A stretch of DNA of 63,010 nucleotides, filler included. It is 6 parts of 6 records of this genome, joined end to end, with 100 filler letters (N's around TTAATTAATTAA, not from the genome) between each part and the next. Parts side by side here need not be neighbours in the genome. Positions count along the whole stretch, not along the records: positions 1 to 18,599 come from SRR31156797_21277; 5 more parts are not named here. The stretch is one strand, 5' to 3'. The translations under genes were made by a program, and so were the position numbers. Position 1 is the stretch's first letter, and each line of letters begins with the position of its first letter. Positions 1 through 9,677 of the stretch are shown in pieces. Below the pieces are notes generated by a model. That model searched no databases. It was not told where the DNA came from and worked only from the letters and a program-made list of their open reading frames with translations.

Positions 1-741
1 GTTTTTACTCACTTCACCTTTGATATGAATGGCATTTGAAGGACAGTGATGTACACAGGCAAAACACATGAAGCATTTATCACTTAAAGCTATCTTTCCA
101 TTTTCCGGGTTCATCTCTATGTTATCTACCGGACATACACGAGCACAAATCCCACATTGCGTACAAGTATCGTCTACAGATATATAATTTTCAATCCCCT
201 CACCATAGACATGAACTTTTAACCTCTTTTCGTTGAAAGGTTTGCTACCTCTTCTGGCCATATAGTTGAATGATGCTTTATTTATTAACGATTCTTTCAA
301 GATCCATTTTTTGGAAGCTTCAATATCTGATTTGACTGCTGTCAAATGTTTTTCAATCTGCTTTTTAGGTTCTTTTTCAATCTGTTTCTTCATATCGAAG
401 AAAGGTACATAGTTGTCCACCATCTTGATTTTATTGATATAATCGAAAGTGAACCCTGCCTCATTACCAATGTCAGTTAAATGTTTAGCCACTGCACCAG
501 AGTATATGCCATAGGTTGTGACAGCAAAAAGATAGTCACAGTTAAAGGTCGCTTTTCTTAGAAAATCTACCACATAAGAAGGCACTCCCCATGCATGGAG
601 CGGAAATACAATTCCTATTTTTTCATCAGTAAATTCAAATGTTCCTTCCTTAATCATTTGAGATATAGATAATAATTCTCCACCAAATGCTTTTGCAATA
701 TAAAGACTATTACCGGTTGCTGTAAAATAGAGTATTTTCAT
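1..741 (-). CDS. EFR1-family flavodoxin-ferredoxin fusion protein (3' end runs off window; absent from ORF track)
   Basis: Manual translation from ATG at 741 gives MKILYFTATGNSLYIAK (flavodoxin-like N-terminus) and two 4Fe-4S motifs, CTQCGICARVCP and CFMCFACVHHCP; frame stays open to position 1. Confidence 0.88.
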   Translation of the reverse strand, partial: MKILYFTATGNSLYIAKAFGGELLSISQMIKEGTFEFTDEKIGIVFPLHAWGVPSYVVDFLRKATFNCDYLFAVTTYGIYSGAVAKHLTDIGNEAGFTFDYINKIKMVDNYVPFFDMKKQIEKEPKKQIEKHLTAVKSDIEASKKWILKESLINKASFNYMARRGSKPFNEKRLKVHVYGEGIENYISVDDTCTQCGICARVCPVDNIEMNPENGKIALSDKCFMCFACVHHCPSNAIHIKGEVSKN

Positions 742-769
742 TTTTTAACACCTTTCCTCTCATGTCGAA

Positions 770-1723
770 TTACACTGACCAGCTAAAGGATGTCTTTTCT
801 TCGGAGAGTGTCCAGAGTTTGGCTGCCACTTCCTGATCCAGTACAAGCTCCTCTATTGTACACTCGTCTACTGGACCAACCGTTTCTCCTCTTTTTGTAG
901 GACCATAGAGCTTTTCAGACTCCAATCCATCTTCTGTTGCACACATAATCTCAGGATAAGAACCATTTTCTGCAGGTTGTGCGACAATAGGAGAGAAGAA
1001 TAGATTCCAAAGGATTTTCATGAATAGGCTGACATTTTCACCCTTGATCAGATCAGTTCGTGACGCACCAGGATGACAAACCTGAACCTGTACACTCTTG
1101 CCTGCAGCCTGCACCCGGCGCTGCAACTCATAGGCGAACATCATCTCAGCTAGTTTGCTATGAGCATAGGCATCCCAGGGAGTATAATTTTTATCAAGGT
1201 TGAGATCTTCAAACTGAATTTTCTTCAAGCCTAGTTTATACGCCGCACTACCCACAACCACGACACGTCCTCTCGATTCTTCAATTCGATCAAAGAGTAA
1301 TCCACACAGGAGAAAGTGACCGTAATGATTTACACCAAAATGACATTCAAAGCCATCTATGGTGAACTCTCGTTTAGCCAGCTGAGCAATGGCAGCGTTG
1401 CAGATAAGTGCGTCTATATGGGGAACCTTTTCTAATACTTCCGCTGCCGCTCTTCGCACAGAATCCAGCATTGACAGATCCATGTGGATGAATGTTACAT
1501 CAACGTTACTACCATATTCCTCTTTCAGTTTTGAAATAGCGGCGGCTGATTTGTTCCCATTGCGATTCAGCATTACTACTTTTGCACCCTTTGAGAGGAA
1601 CACTCGCGCTGCCTCATATCCCGTACCCGTGGTCGTACCGGTGATGACGTAGGTTTTACCAGCAAGGGAACCGAGTCGCTCCGGTGTCCATCCCTCCTTT
1701 CCATATCTTTTTTTATCAGTCAT
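770..1723 (-). CDS. Short-chain dehydrogenase/reductase (retinol-DH/protochlorophyllide-reductase-like)
   Basis: TGxxxGxG (ITGTTTGTG), ICNAA, catalytic YxxxK (YAHSK), CHPG. Confidence 0.92.
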   Translation of the reverse strand: MTDKKRYGKEGWTPERLGSLAGKTYVITGTTTGTGYEAARVFLSKGAKVVMLNRNGNKSAAAISKLKEEYGSNVDVTFIHMDLSMLDSVRRAAAEVLEKVPHIDALICNAAIAQLAKREFTIDGFECHFGVNHYGHFLLCGLLFDRIEESRGRVVVVGSAAYKLGLKKIQFEDLNLDKNYTPWDAYAHSKLAEMMFAYELQRRVQAAGKSVQVQVCHPGASRTDLIKGENVSLFMKILWNLFFSPIVAQPAENGSYPEIMCATEDGLESEKLYGPTKRGETVGPVDECTIEELVLDQEVAAKLWTLSEEKTSFSWSV

Positions 1724-1821
1724 AATTCCAGCTCTTTGGTTTATAAATAGTATTCAATTAATTTTACTCTGATTATCCCATCCATTTTGGTCATGGATAA
1801 TGTTGTTTCGTCATGTTTATC

Positions 1822-1886
1822 TGACTACTCAGTCATTCTGTATTGTTCGACACACTATTTAACTCTATTAAGTGACTGCTCAGTTT
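1822..1886. promoter_or_regulatory. Two TGACT-N4-AGTCA-type operator palindromes flanking a minus-strand TATA box
   Basis: TGACTACTCAGTCA at 1822-1835 (perfect arms) and TGACTGCTCAGTTT at 1873-1886; TTAAATA on the minus strand near 1856-1862. Confidence 0.55.
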
Positions 1887-2098
1887 AGAGATGCGTCACA
1901 AAGTACTCTGCACAACATACTAAACGAAAAGTATTTCAACCGCAGTATATGTAATTTAGACTTGTTTTAATGTCTGAATTGAAAATCGGAGTCGTCAGTC
2001 AACGTTCATTGATGCAGGCAAACGATGCTCTTATCTATAAGACGGCAGTTATATTAATATAAGGGAGTTTAGTAAGTTATATTTAATGAGGTGATCGT

Positions 2099-2845
2099 TT
2101 GGCTGAAACAGATTATGAAGATAACAATGTAAAGATAGTTACAACAGAAATACAATCCGAAAATCCTGTATTAATTGAAGGTTTTCCGGGAATAGGCCTG
2201 GTAGGTAACATTGCCAGTCAGCAGATTATCGATGAGTTGAAGATGGAATATGTAGGTTCCATTGATTCCAGGCATTTTCCTCCTATTGCAGTTCTCTATG
2301 AAGGTCTCATAAACATGCCTGTGCGTATTTACGAAAGCACTGAGCATAAAATGGTGATGATCGTTTCTGATATTCCTATCAATCCGGTGGTAGCCTATGA
2401 CATTAGCAAGGCACTTCTCGCCTGGGCTAAGTCAATCAATACAAAAGAGATAGTTTCTCTTGCAGGTATTGCAACAATGAGCGAGGAGCACAAAGTATTC
2501 GGTGCTGCGACCAACATGGATATGCTTGAAAGGATAAAGGAAAAAGTAGAGCTTTTCCAGATGGGTACGATATCAGGAATATCCGGCAGCATCATGGGAG
2601 AATGCCTTGTGCGTGAAATGCCGGCGATAAGTCTCCTCGGTTCCACCATGAGCCAGAATCCTGACCCCAGGGCAGCAGCAGTGGTCATCGATGTGCTCAA
2701 TCTTCTGTATGATTATGGCATCAACACCGAAGGTCTCATCGAGCAGGCAGAGAAGATCGAAATAGAAATGCAGCGGCTTGCTGAGGATGTAAGAACAACT
2801 GAACAGCCAACAGGCGCAAGGAAAGAGTTCCCAATGTACGGGTGA
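2099..2845 (+). CDS. Proteasome assembly chaperone (PAC2) family protein
   Basis: LIEGFPGIGLVGNIA and PDPRAAA motifs; TTG start after SD GAGGTGA. Confidence 0.9.
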   Translation: MAETDYEDNNVKIVTTEIQSENPVLIEGFPGIGLVGNIASQQIIDELKMEYVGSIDSRHFPPIAVLYEGLINMPVRIYESTEHKMVMIVSDIPINPVVAYDISKALLAWAKSINTKEIVSLAGIATMSEEHKVFGAATNMDMLERIKEKVELFQMGTISGISGSIMGECLVREMPAISLLGSTMSQNPDPRAAAVVIDVLNLLYDYGINTEGLIEQAEKIEIEMQRLAEDVRTTEQPTGARKEFPMYG

Positions 2846-2849
2846 TAGT

Positions 2850-3239
2850 ATGGAATATGTTGCTTTGACAGGAATATCCGAACGTGTTATCTCTGAACTG
2901 AGGCAGAATAATCTTCTTACTATTGAAATAAGAAACCCTCATAATTTTTTTACAGGCCTGCGACTGAACGTGGGTGATATGTTATTCCTTACCCATACAA
3001 GTCCTGAGGACATGACAGGTGGCAGCATGGGTATCATTGTGAAATTGGTCAGGCATCAGGTGTCAACTCATCGTCTGACTCAGAGCAATGAGGTCTACTA
3101 TGAGGAACGTGAGACCACAAGTCTCAGGTTACAGCTTGACCCTAAATGTGTTGCAAGAGTACGCAAAGTGCTGAGTAATACAATAGGTGAGGTTACAAAG
3201 GTCGATGCAGAAGAGCTTCCTATCTTCCACGCCAGATAA
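2850..3239 (+). CDS. DUF473-family archaeal protein
   Basis: ALTGIS...TIEIRNPHNF and YYEERE motifs; directly follows the PAC2 gene. Confidence 0.75.
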   Translation: MEYVALTGISERVISELRQNNLLTIEIRNPHNFFTGLRLNVGDMLFLTHTSPEDMTGGSMGIIVKLVRHQVSTHRLTQSNEVYYEERETTSLRLQLDPKCVARVRKVLSNTIGEVTKVDAEELPIFHAR

Positions 3240-3249
3240 ATATATAATA

Positions 3250-3876
3250 TCAATCGAAGGTTCCGGGGATATTATCCAGTCCCCTTTCTATTTTCTCAAG
3301 TAATTCATAGCTGATACCTACGGGTATCTCTTCATTGGCATATCCGCTATGTTTTCTTGATCCTTTGCATCCGTAGGATATTCCAATTCCTTCAAGAAGT
3401 GGTCTTGCAGTACAATCTCCACATATGGATGCTGCACCAATGGACTTTGATGCAATTCCCTCTCCGTAGTGATATGCATATGCCTGTATTATCTTCATAG
3501 CACTTTCAGGCTTGAGGTAGAGCAGAAGCATATCGAATCTCTCATTGCTCAGGCTAAGAGGCTCTATTTTCAATGACATGTACTCCTTTTCTATTCTCGG
3601 GAGTGAGCTCACAGCCCTTTCTGCAGTATCCTTGTCCCTGTATCTTCTTGATTTCAGATAGTAGTCTGCAGGACTGTTCTCACTGATGCCAAGAATATAT
3701 TTTCCAGGTCTGCACCTCTGGTCCCTTATCAGGAATGTTTCCCCGTGTCTTGCAAGGTGTATCAGTTCACAGTACAGGAGCTCGGATATCTCACCACTTT
3801 CATTGCAGAGGGTGATGCATACAGGTTCACCTTCATCCATGAGTGCTTCAATATTAGGATATTTCTGTGAACTCAT
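3250..3876 (-). CDS. DUF169-like Cys-rich protein
   Basis: CRPGKYILG, SICGDCTARP and SYGCKGSR motifs. Confidence 0.7.
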   Translation of the reverse strand: MSSQKYPNIEALMDEGEPVCITLCNESGEISELLYCELIHLARHGETFLIRDQRCRPGKYILGISENSPADYYLKSRRYRDKDTAERAVSSLPRIEKEYMSLKIEPLSLSNERFDMLLLYLKPESAMKIIQAYAYHYGEGIASKSIGAASICGDCTARPLLEGIGISYGCKGSRKHSGYANEEIPVGISYELLEKIERGLDNIPGTFD

Positions 3877-3942
3877 AGTTCATTTCCCCTGGTATTCGGT
3901 GTTTCCACTCAGAAATATTTCAGTTAATCCAAGATGTGAAAG

Positions 3943-3965
3943 GGGGTGGACCAGCGGTCCATCCC
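3943..3965 (-). terminator. Hairpin directly after the sepS stop
   Basis: GGGGTGGACC-AGC-GGTCCATCCC inverted repeat. Confidence 0.45.
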
Positions 3966-3968
3966 GTC

Positions 3969-5588
3969 TTATTCAATAGTTGCCCTTACTGTGGTGAAGA
4001 CAGGTCCGCGGATGTCTATCTTCTTTTTGTTGCTTGTGATGAAGCGCTGTGCAAGAGGCTCAAGACGGATATTGATCTCGGAAGGCACCTTGACTATCCT
4101 TACTCTTGTCTCAACTTCACTCTCACCGTTTGCAACGGCGTCCTCTATGTCATTTGCTGCCTGGCAGGCGAACGCATCAAGGAACCTGACACCAGTCCTT
4201 GCAGAATGGTTTTCAAGTACCTTCTTCCATTTCTTGTTGTCAGGTACGCCAAGGATATCGTTCTCATATGCCACAACCTCATTGAAAACAGCAGGTCCGC
4301 AGAGCTTAGTCTCCTCTTCTGGCTCGATAACAGAAACCTTCACAGTCTTGCCGTCAATCGTTCCTTCCCATGCAGGGAACTCGCATGGGCTTGGGGTTGC
4401 GGAATATTCCTCACAGACTGCGGTGATAGCCTTTACTATCTCCTTACCTTCTGCGGTCTCAGGAACATTTTCCACATAGGTAGTCTTTGCAAGCTCATTG
4501 TCGGTCATCTTCCATTCGGAGTACTGTGTGATCTGTGGATATGTGAGTGAGCGAATATCTGTTGCATCGTGTAATATCATTGCAAGTCTTTCAACGCCAA
4601 GGCCGAGGTTCATCACAGGATATGGTATATCGTACTGTGAGAGTGCTGTAGGGGAATAGATTCCGAAGGTTGCTATCTCTATCCAGCCGTCTGAGTACTT
4701 TGTATTGGAGCCCACAAGGTTTGGATGGTATGCAAATACCTCTATCTGGGTGTCAGGTACGTAGTACTTGCTGCGCTTGTCATCCGCCCTGAACATGAAC
4801 TTCTCAAAGCCGAACTGGGATAACAATCCCTGTGCAACTGCTTTTCCGTGATCGATGGTAACATTCTCATCCATGATGACACAGGATGCGGAATAGTATG
4901 TCATAAGACGTGCTGCATCTTCATCCTGTTCTCTCCTGAAACAACGGTCGATGGAGAAGAAATTGAAAGGTGGCTCGGCACGCTCGATGATTGATGAAAG
5001 ACTGATGAACCAGCCGGATGTCATGTGACTTCTCAGAGTCTTTTTGATTGCCTGCGGGATAAGTTCCTTAAACTCCGGGAAAACCTGGTCTATCATCTCT
5101 ACGATAAGTGAATCTGACACTTTTATGCCTGCAGCGATCTCAGGTACGAGGTCATCTCCTTCCACATCTCCCTTCTTATATGCGTGAAGTATCTTCCTGA
5201 TGGTCTCTATGGCCTCATCATCTATGTCACCGAGTATTTCCCTGATGGTGGCAATACGTTCGTCTGAGATGCCTACGTTAGGACGTGGGAGTCCGGCAAG
5301 ATAAAAGCACCTGTCAAGGACCGCCAGTGCCTCGTGTCCGAACTGCTTGTGAACTTCTTTCTCGTCCACTATGAGCGGGTTCATCATTTCCTCGAATCCC
5401 ATTCTCATATATGCGTCACGGAGCTTTGAGATAGTGTCATACACCGGGTGTGGCTTACCATACTTGATGGTCATATGAGGGTACTGGTCATTCAGCTTTG
5501 TCTCACTGATGTATTCCGTTCCCTTGTTCCATGCAGCATCAAAATCTTCATTTGCTTCCTTTTTAATGTCATCAGGATTGAATTTCAT
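3969..5588 (-). CDS. sepS: O-phosphoseryl-tRNA(Cys) synthetase
   Basis: ALAVLDRCFYLAGLPRPNVG, TLRSHMTSGWF, SIDRCFRREQ and VMNLGLGVERLAM signatures; 539 aa. Confidence 0.97.
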   Translation of the reverse strand: MKFNPDDIKKEANEDFDAAWNKGTEYISETKLNDQYPHMTIKYGKPHPVYDTISKLRDAYMRMGFEEMMNPLIVDEKEVHKQFGHEALAVLDRCFYLAGLPRPNVGISDERIATIREILGDIDDEAIETIRKILHAYKKGDVEGDDLVPEIAAGIKVSDSLIVEMIDQVFPEFKELIPQAIKKTLRSHMTSGWFISLSSIIERAEPPFNFFSIDRCFRREQDEDAARLMTYYSASCVIMDENVTIDHGKAVAQGLLSQFGFEKFMFRADDKRSKYYVPDTQIEVFAYHPNLVGSNTKYSDGWIEIATFGIYSPTALSQYDIPYPVMNLGLGVERLAMILHDATDIRSLTYPQITQYSEWKMTDNELAKTTYVENVPETAEGKEIVKAITAVCEEYSATPSPCEFPAWEGTIDGKTVKVSVIEPEEETKLCGPAVFNEVVAYENDILGVPDNKKWKKVLENHSARTGVRFLDAFACQAANDIEDAVANGESEVETRVRIVKVPSEINIRLEPLAQRFITSNKKKIDIRGPVFTTVRATIE

Positions 5589-5617
5589 ATATTTTCCTCG
5601 TAATATTGATAAGTGAA

Positions 5618-6253
5618 CTAATTAATTTTATTTTCAAAATTCTTCATGGCACTTTCCAGCTTCTGCTGACGCATTGCGTTAGTAAGGTCTCCCCGGGTTT
5701 TCTCTATGATGGATCTTGTTACATCAGTTTTATGTCTGAGTCCATGGGTCATTGCATCCGGGTAGTCAAACATCATAAGACAATTGTATATATCTTCCAT
5801 CAACTGAAGGTATGTTTCGCCCTTTTCAGGCTTATCTTTCCTTATAAGGTCCAGTATATGTCTCCTGAGTTCTCCGCTTACATCCCCAAGTCCGTTCAGG
5901 TATGCAACATCACTAACATTGAGTCCTTCAGGTCCTGGTATTTTATCTTCATCACTGTCTATTTTAAGGATATTGTAAACAACTATACATTCCACAAACT
6001 CCTGCTGCGCATGTTCTAGAAAACCGGAATAATATGTATCGGGGTAATTTTGCAGCAGTTTGTCAATATTTTGTAGCATGTCTCCTGCCTTTCCAATTAA
6101 AAGAGAAGCCTTGCTGAATTCTTTGTTATGTATTTTGTACATTGCTGCCCTGCAATTGCGTACAACATCCCGGGAAATAGCCAGAGCACTCTCTCTTGCT
6201 TTATCTTTCTTCTCAAAGTTGTCCTTTATTCTGCAGGCTATATCGTTGATCAT
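5618..6253 (-). CDS. Translin/Trax (C3PO-like) family protein
   Basis: AQQEFVE and YLNGLGDVSGELRR acidic motifs, LRHKTD; predicted all-helical, 211 aa. Confidence 0.88.
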   Translation of the reverse strand: MINDIACRIKDNFEKKDKARESALAISRDVVRNCRAAMYKIHNKEFSKASLLIGKAGDMLQNIDKLLQNYPDTYYSGFLEHAQQEFVECIVVYNILKIDSDEDKIPGPEGLNVSDVAYLNGLGDVSGELRRHILDLIRKDKPEKGETYLQLMEDIYNCLMMFDYPDAMTHGLRHKTDVTRSIIEKTRGDLTNAMRQQKLESAMKNFENKIN

Positions 6254-6408
6254 TCCACTCCTTTAGTTTATTTGCAGCTTAATATAAACAGTTTTTCAAA
6301 AGCACTGGTATAAACCGGATCAACAAGTATGTGAAATTAATACAAAAAATAATTTACTCGTTTTAAAATCAAAAAATGTAAAATGAACAAATGCTTTGTT
6401 CGATTGTT

Positions 6409-6675
6409 TTACTCGTCGACCGGAATGGTCTCGAGCTGGCTTGCAACATCCCATATGAGTGTTCTTGTGTGTACAGGGATGTTAGGGTCGTTGCTGATAT
6501 CCTCAAGAATGGATATGCTTGATGATGTTCTCAGGAAAAGCGGTTCATCAGTCTTTCTTAACGTTTCGAGAATATCATTTGCAGAACGCCTGATGTTTCT
6601 TGGTACTGAATTATCATTTGCGATATATTCTAATTTTTGTTTGCATTCTTCAATGACTTGTTCAAAATTTGACAT
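6409..6675 (-). CDS. UPF0147 family protein
   Basis: [10 protein letters not shown] and [16 protein letters not shown] motifs; SD AGGTGA. Confidence 0.9.
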   Translation of the reverse strand: MSNFEQVIEECKQKLEYIANDNSVPRNIRRSANDILETLRKTDEPLFLRTSSSISILEDISNDPNIPVHTRTLIWDVASQLETIPVDE

Positions 6676-6792
6676 ATAGGATCACCTTGATAAGCTTGAA
6701 ATTAAAATAGAGTTGCTCAATTTATTCCTAAATAATTATATTCTATAAAAAGACTTTCATTGGTATATAGCTTTTGAGAAAAAGGAGATAAT

Positions 6793-7263
6793 ATGTCAAA
6801 CACAGATGATGAGAATATACAGAAAATATCTAAAATGCTTGAGATTGGAGGTACTATGCTGGCACAACATTGTGACACTTGTGGTGCTCCTCTCTTCCGC
6901 TATCAAGGTCGTGTACTATGCCCTGTGTGCGATGATGTTCGTGACCCCCGCGGGGCCACGGGAAAGGCCGATGCCACAGTTCCTATATCATCTGCAGAAA
7001 ATGAGATATCTTCAGTGAATATAAGGGAAGATCCAGTTGCGGCACGTCCTGAGCCAACTCCATCGCCTGTAACTGATGCCGTGCGAACAGAACCACCCAA
7101 ACCCCTGATCCAGGGTTCTGTTTCGGAACTGGAGTCACTTATCATCAGTAAGATGACCGGTATGGCTCGCGAAATGCAGGATGAGAAGGATCCCAGAAGG
7201 ATAGATGAATATCTGGACCTTATCGACCGTTGCATGGACATACTCACAAAGATGCAAAAATGA
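6793..7263 (+). CDS. UPF0148 / autoantigen-p27-like Zn-ribbon protein
   Basis: GGTMLAQHCDTCGAPLFR...CPVC; SD AGGAG. Confidence 0.88.
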   Translation: MSNTDDENIQKISKMLEIGGTMLAQHCDTCGAPLFRYQGRVLCPVCDDVRDPRGATGKADATVPISSAENEISSVNIREDPVAARPEPTPSPVTDAVRTEPPKPLIQGSVSELESLIISKMTGMAREMQDEKDPRRIDEYLDLIDRCMDILTKMQK

Positions 7264-7270
7264 ATCTGGC

Positions 7271-7288
7271 GTGGATGGTGACATCCAC
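7271..7288. terminator. Hairpin between convergent genes
   Basis: GTGGATG-GTGA-CATCCAC. Confidence 0.4.
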
Positions 7289-7309
7289 TCCATAAGTTAT
7301 CGTCAAGTT

Positions 7310-9589
7310 CTATTTTTTGTATTTACTGCCCACTATCTCTCTTATTTTTGCCGCGGTCTTAGGCCCGATCTTGTTGACCTTGAGCAGTTCATCATAGCTA
7401 GCTTTCATGATATTCTCTACAGAACCGAAATGCTGCAATAGGTTACGTGCTGCCTTTGGCCCGATGTCGGATATCGAAGAGATGACGTATTCCTGCTGTT
7501 CCGGTAGCATAGGCGCTGCTTTTCTGCCATGCATGTTCACTTCTCTTTTCTCATCTACCTGTTCCCTTTTTGCTATCTGCATCAAAAGTGAGGCCGTATC
7601 CTCTGCATCCCGGGTGTAGAATATGGATACTCCGAAATCAAGGGATATGGAGGATATTGCACCATGTATGGCATTGGGGCTCATGCCCCTGCAATTGAAC
7701 AGGCTTTCGCCTTCAATGATAAGAACGGGCTTTTCATATGCCCTTGACAGATTGGATATCTGTTCGAAGAGTTTCTGCTCGATGAGCGAACCTACAAAGT
7801 CCTGTGTTTCCTTTCTCTCAACAGCTATGCGGTCACTGAGGATGTAATCGCTGACCTCGAGTGTCTTTACTATGATCTCCGTTCCATTCCTGTCAAGGGT
7901 CCTTGCAACAGAACTGCGTATCTCTCTCTGGTCGACGACTATCTTTATCTTACCAGTTTTGTCATCATCGTTGTCGTACTCGAAAAGTGTCCTTTGTTGC
8001 TCTTCGGGAAGCTCAGACGTGAACTCCTTTGTGATGGAGTTGTTCTTCACAGCAGGCATGGCAGCCTGAAGCTCTTTCATGTTGCTCTGCATCTTCCTTT
8101 CTCTGGAAAGGCTGCTCCAGTAGTATGCCTCATCCCGGGTGCCTTTTGTAACAAGCACTACCACACGACCTTCGTGTTTCCTTCCGGTCCTTCCTTTTCT
8201 CTGGATACTCCTTATCTCAGAGGGGATTGGTTCATAGAACAGGACAAGGTCAGTAGATGGAATGTCCAGCCCTTCTTCTGCAACCGAGGTTGCCACTAGT
8301 ACATTGAAGTCTCCTGCCTTGAACTGCTCGATGATCTCCACTTGTTGTTTCTGTGTCAACCCCTTGTCCTTGTATTTGGATGCCTGGCCAACAAAACGTA
8401 CCGGTCTTATGCCCTCTACCTCTGAGAGTTCATTTGTGATCATCTCAGCCGTATCACGATAGTTAGCGAATACAATGACCCTTGAATGCGGCTTGCCTTC
8501 CAGTTCATCAAGAACTATTCTCTTGACATATTCCAGTTTAGGATGCTCGATATCACAGTCCTTCAAACGCTTGCTTGCCTGCCGGATGTAGAGATCCTCA
8601 GCAAGACGTTTTGATGCCTTGCTGCCTTTTTTGGAGTAAGCCTCATTCTCAAGCCTTTCCATGTACATACGCAAGGATTCGAGTCCCTGTGTCTCTGTGA
8701 TCTCAACTGCATGGTTCACTTTCATTATCTCTGCAAGCAGGGAGATCGCGCTGTAAACGGAAGGATCGGGAATGCCACCTCTCAGTTCTCCCTGCAGCTT
8801 TGCCTGAAGTGCAAGAAGGTCCTTCTTAGAAACATATCTCTGGTTGTAGATCGGGTAACCAAGTTCTGTGAGTTTCTTGTACCTGTCTTCAAGTACCTTG
8901 TTGAGCAGGTCCTTAATCTCTTTCATCTCATCAGGCAGGTTGATGCGCTTCCAATCAATCTCTTTCTTGTGGATATATGGTATCACGTCCCTGTCAGATT
9001 CGGTCTTCACGGCAACCGACTCGACATGGAGCGACTGGCAGACCTCTGCTATCTTCTCATCTGAACTTCCCGGACTTGCGGTGATGCCAAGACACAGCGG
9101 GTTCTTTGCTGTCTCAAAATACTTCTCGGCTATATAGGTATAAGCGTAATTTCCAACTGCCCTGTGTGCCTCATCGAAGGTAATGTGTGTGACATCCTCA
9201 AGACTTATTCTCTTTGTCAGTATGTCGTTCTCGATCACCTGTGGGGTGGAAACGATGACTTTTCCATGTTCCCATAGTTCTGCTCTTTTATCCGGGCTGA
9301 TGCTTCCGGTGAACGTAAGCACCTCTTCTTCGGGGAGGTCGAAAACATTTCTAAAAAAAGAAGCGTGTTGCTCCACAAGTGGCTTCGTTGGTGAGAGCAC
9401 CATTACTTTACCACTGTATTTCTCGAGCCGGGAAGCCATCACAAGAAGTGAGATGACAGTTTTGCCAAGTCCTGTGGGAAGTACTACAAGAGTGGATGTA
9501 TCAAGTGCCTTACCTGCCAGGTCAAGTTGATATAGCCTCTGCTCAACGGAATCTGCTTTTATCAACGGGTGTCTGATGAATTCCGGCAT
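7310..9589 (-). CDS. hef: Hef helicase/nuclease (FANCM-like SF2 helicase + ERCC4/XPF nuclease + HhH)
   Basis: PTGLGKT, DEAH, TASPG and QRKGRTGR helicase motifs; ERKxxxD nuclease motif; two C-terminal IGPK HhH motifs. Confidence 0.95.
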   Translation of the reverse strand: MPEFIRHPLIKADSVEQRLYQLDLAGKALDTSTLVVLPTGLGKTVISLLVMASRLEKYSGKVMVLSPTKPLVEQHASFFRNVFDLPEEEVLTFTGSISPDKRAELWEHGKVIVSTPQVIENDILTKRISLEDVTHITFDEAHRAVGNYAYTYIAEKYFETAKNPLCLGITASPGSSDEKIAEVCQSLHVESVAVKTESDRDVIPYIHKKEIDWKRINLPDEMKEIKDLLNKVLEDRYKKLTELGYPIYNQRYVSKKDLLALQAKLQGELRGGIPDPSVYSAISLLAEIMKVNHAVEITETQGLESLRMYMERLENEAYSKKGSKASKRLAEDLYIRQASKRLKDCDIEHPKLEYVKRIVLDELEGKPHSRVIVFANYRDTAEMITNELSEVEGIRPVRFVGQASKYKDKGLTQKQQVEIIEQFKAGDFNVLVATSVAEEGLDIPSTDLVLFYEPIPSEIRSIQRKGRTGRKHEGRVVVLVTKGTRDEAYYWSSLSRERKMQSNMKELQAAMPAVKNNSITKEFTSELPEEQQRTLFEYDNDDDKTGKIKIVVDQREIRSSVARTLDRNGTEIIVKTLEVSDYILSDRIAVERKETQDFVGSLIEQKLFEQISNLSRAYEKPVLIIEGESLFNCRGMSPNAIHGAISSISLDFGVSIFYTRDAEDTASLLMQIAKREQVDEKREVNMHGRKAAPMLPEQQEYVISSISDIGPKAARNLLQHFGSVENIMKASYDELLKVNKIGPKTAAKIREIVGSKYKK

Positions 9590-9677
9590 GTCTATGGCTC
9601 TTAGTTTGCCATATATACACTCTTCAGACTTTTAAACCTGAGCTAAGCGGGGTGAAAGTATTGCTCAAAAAAAGAAC

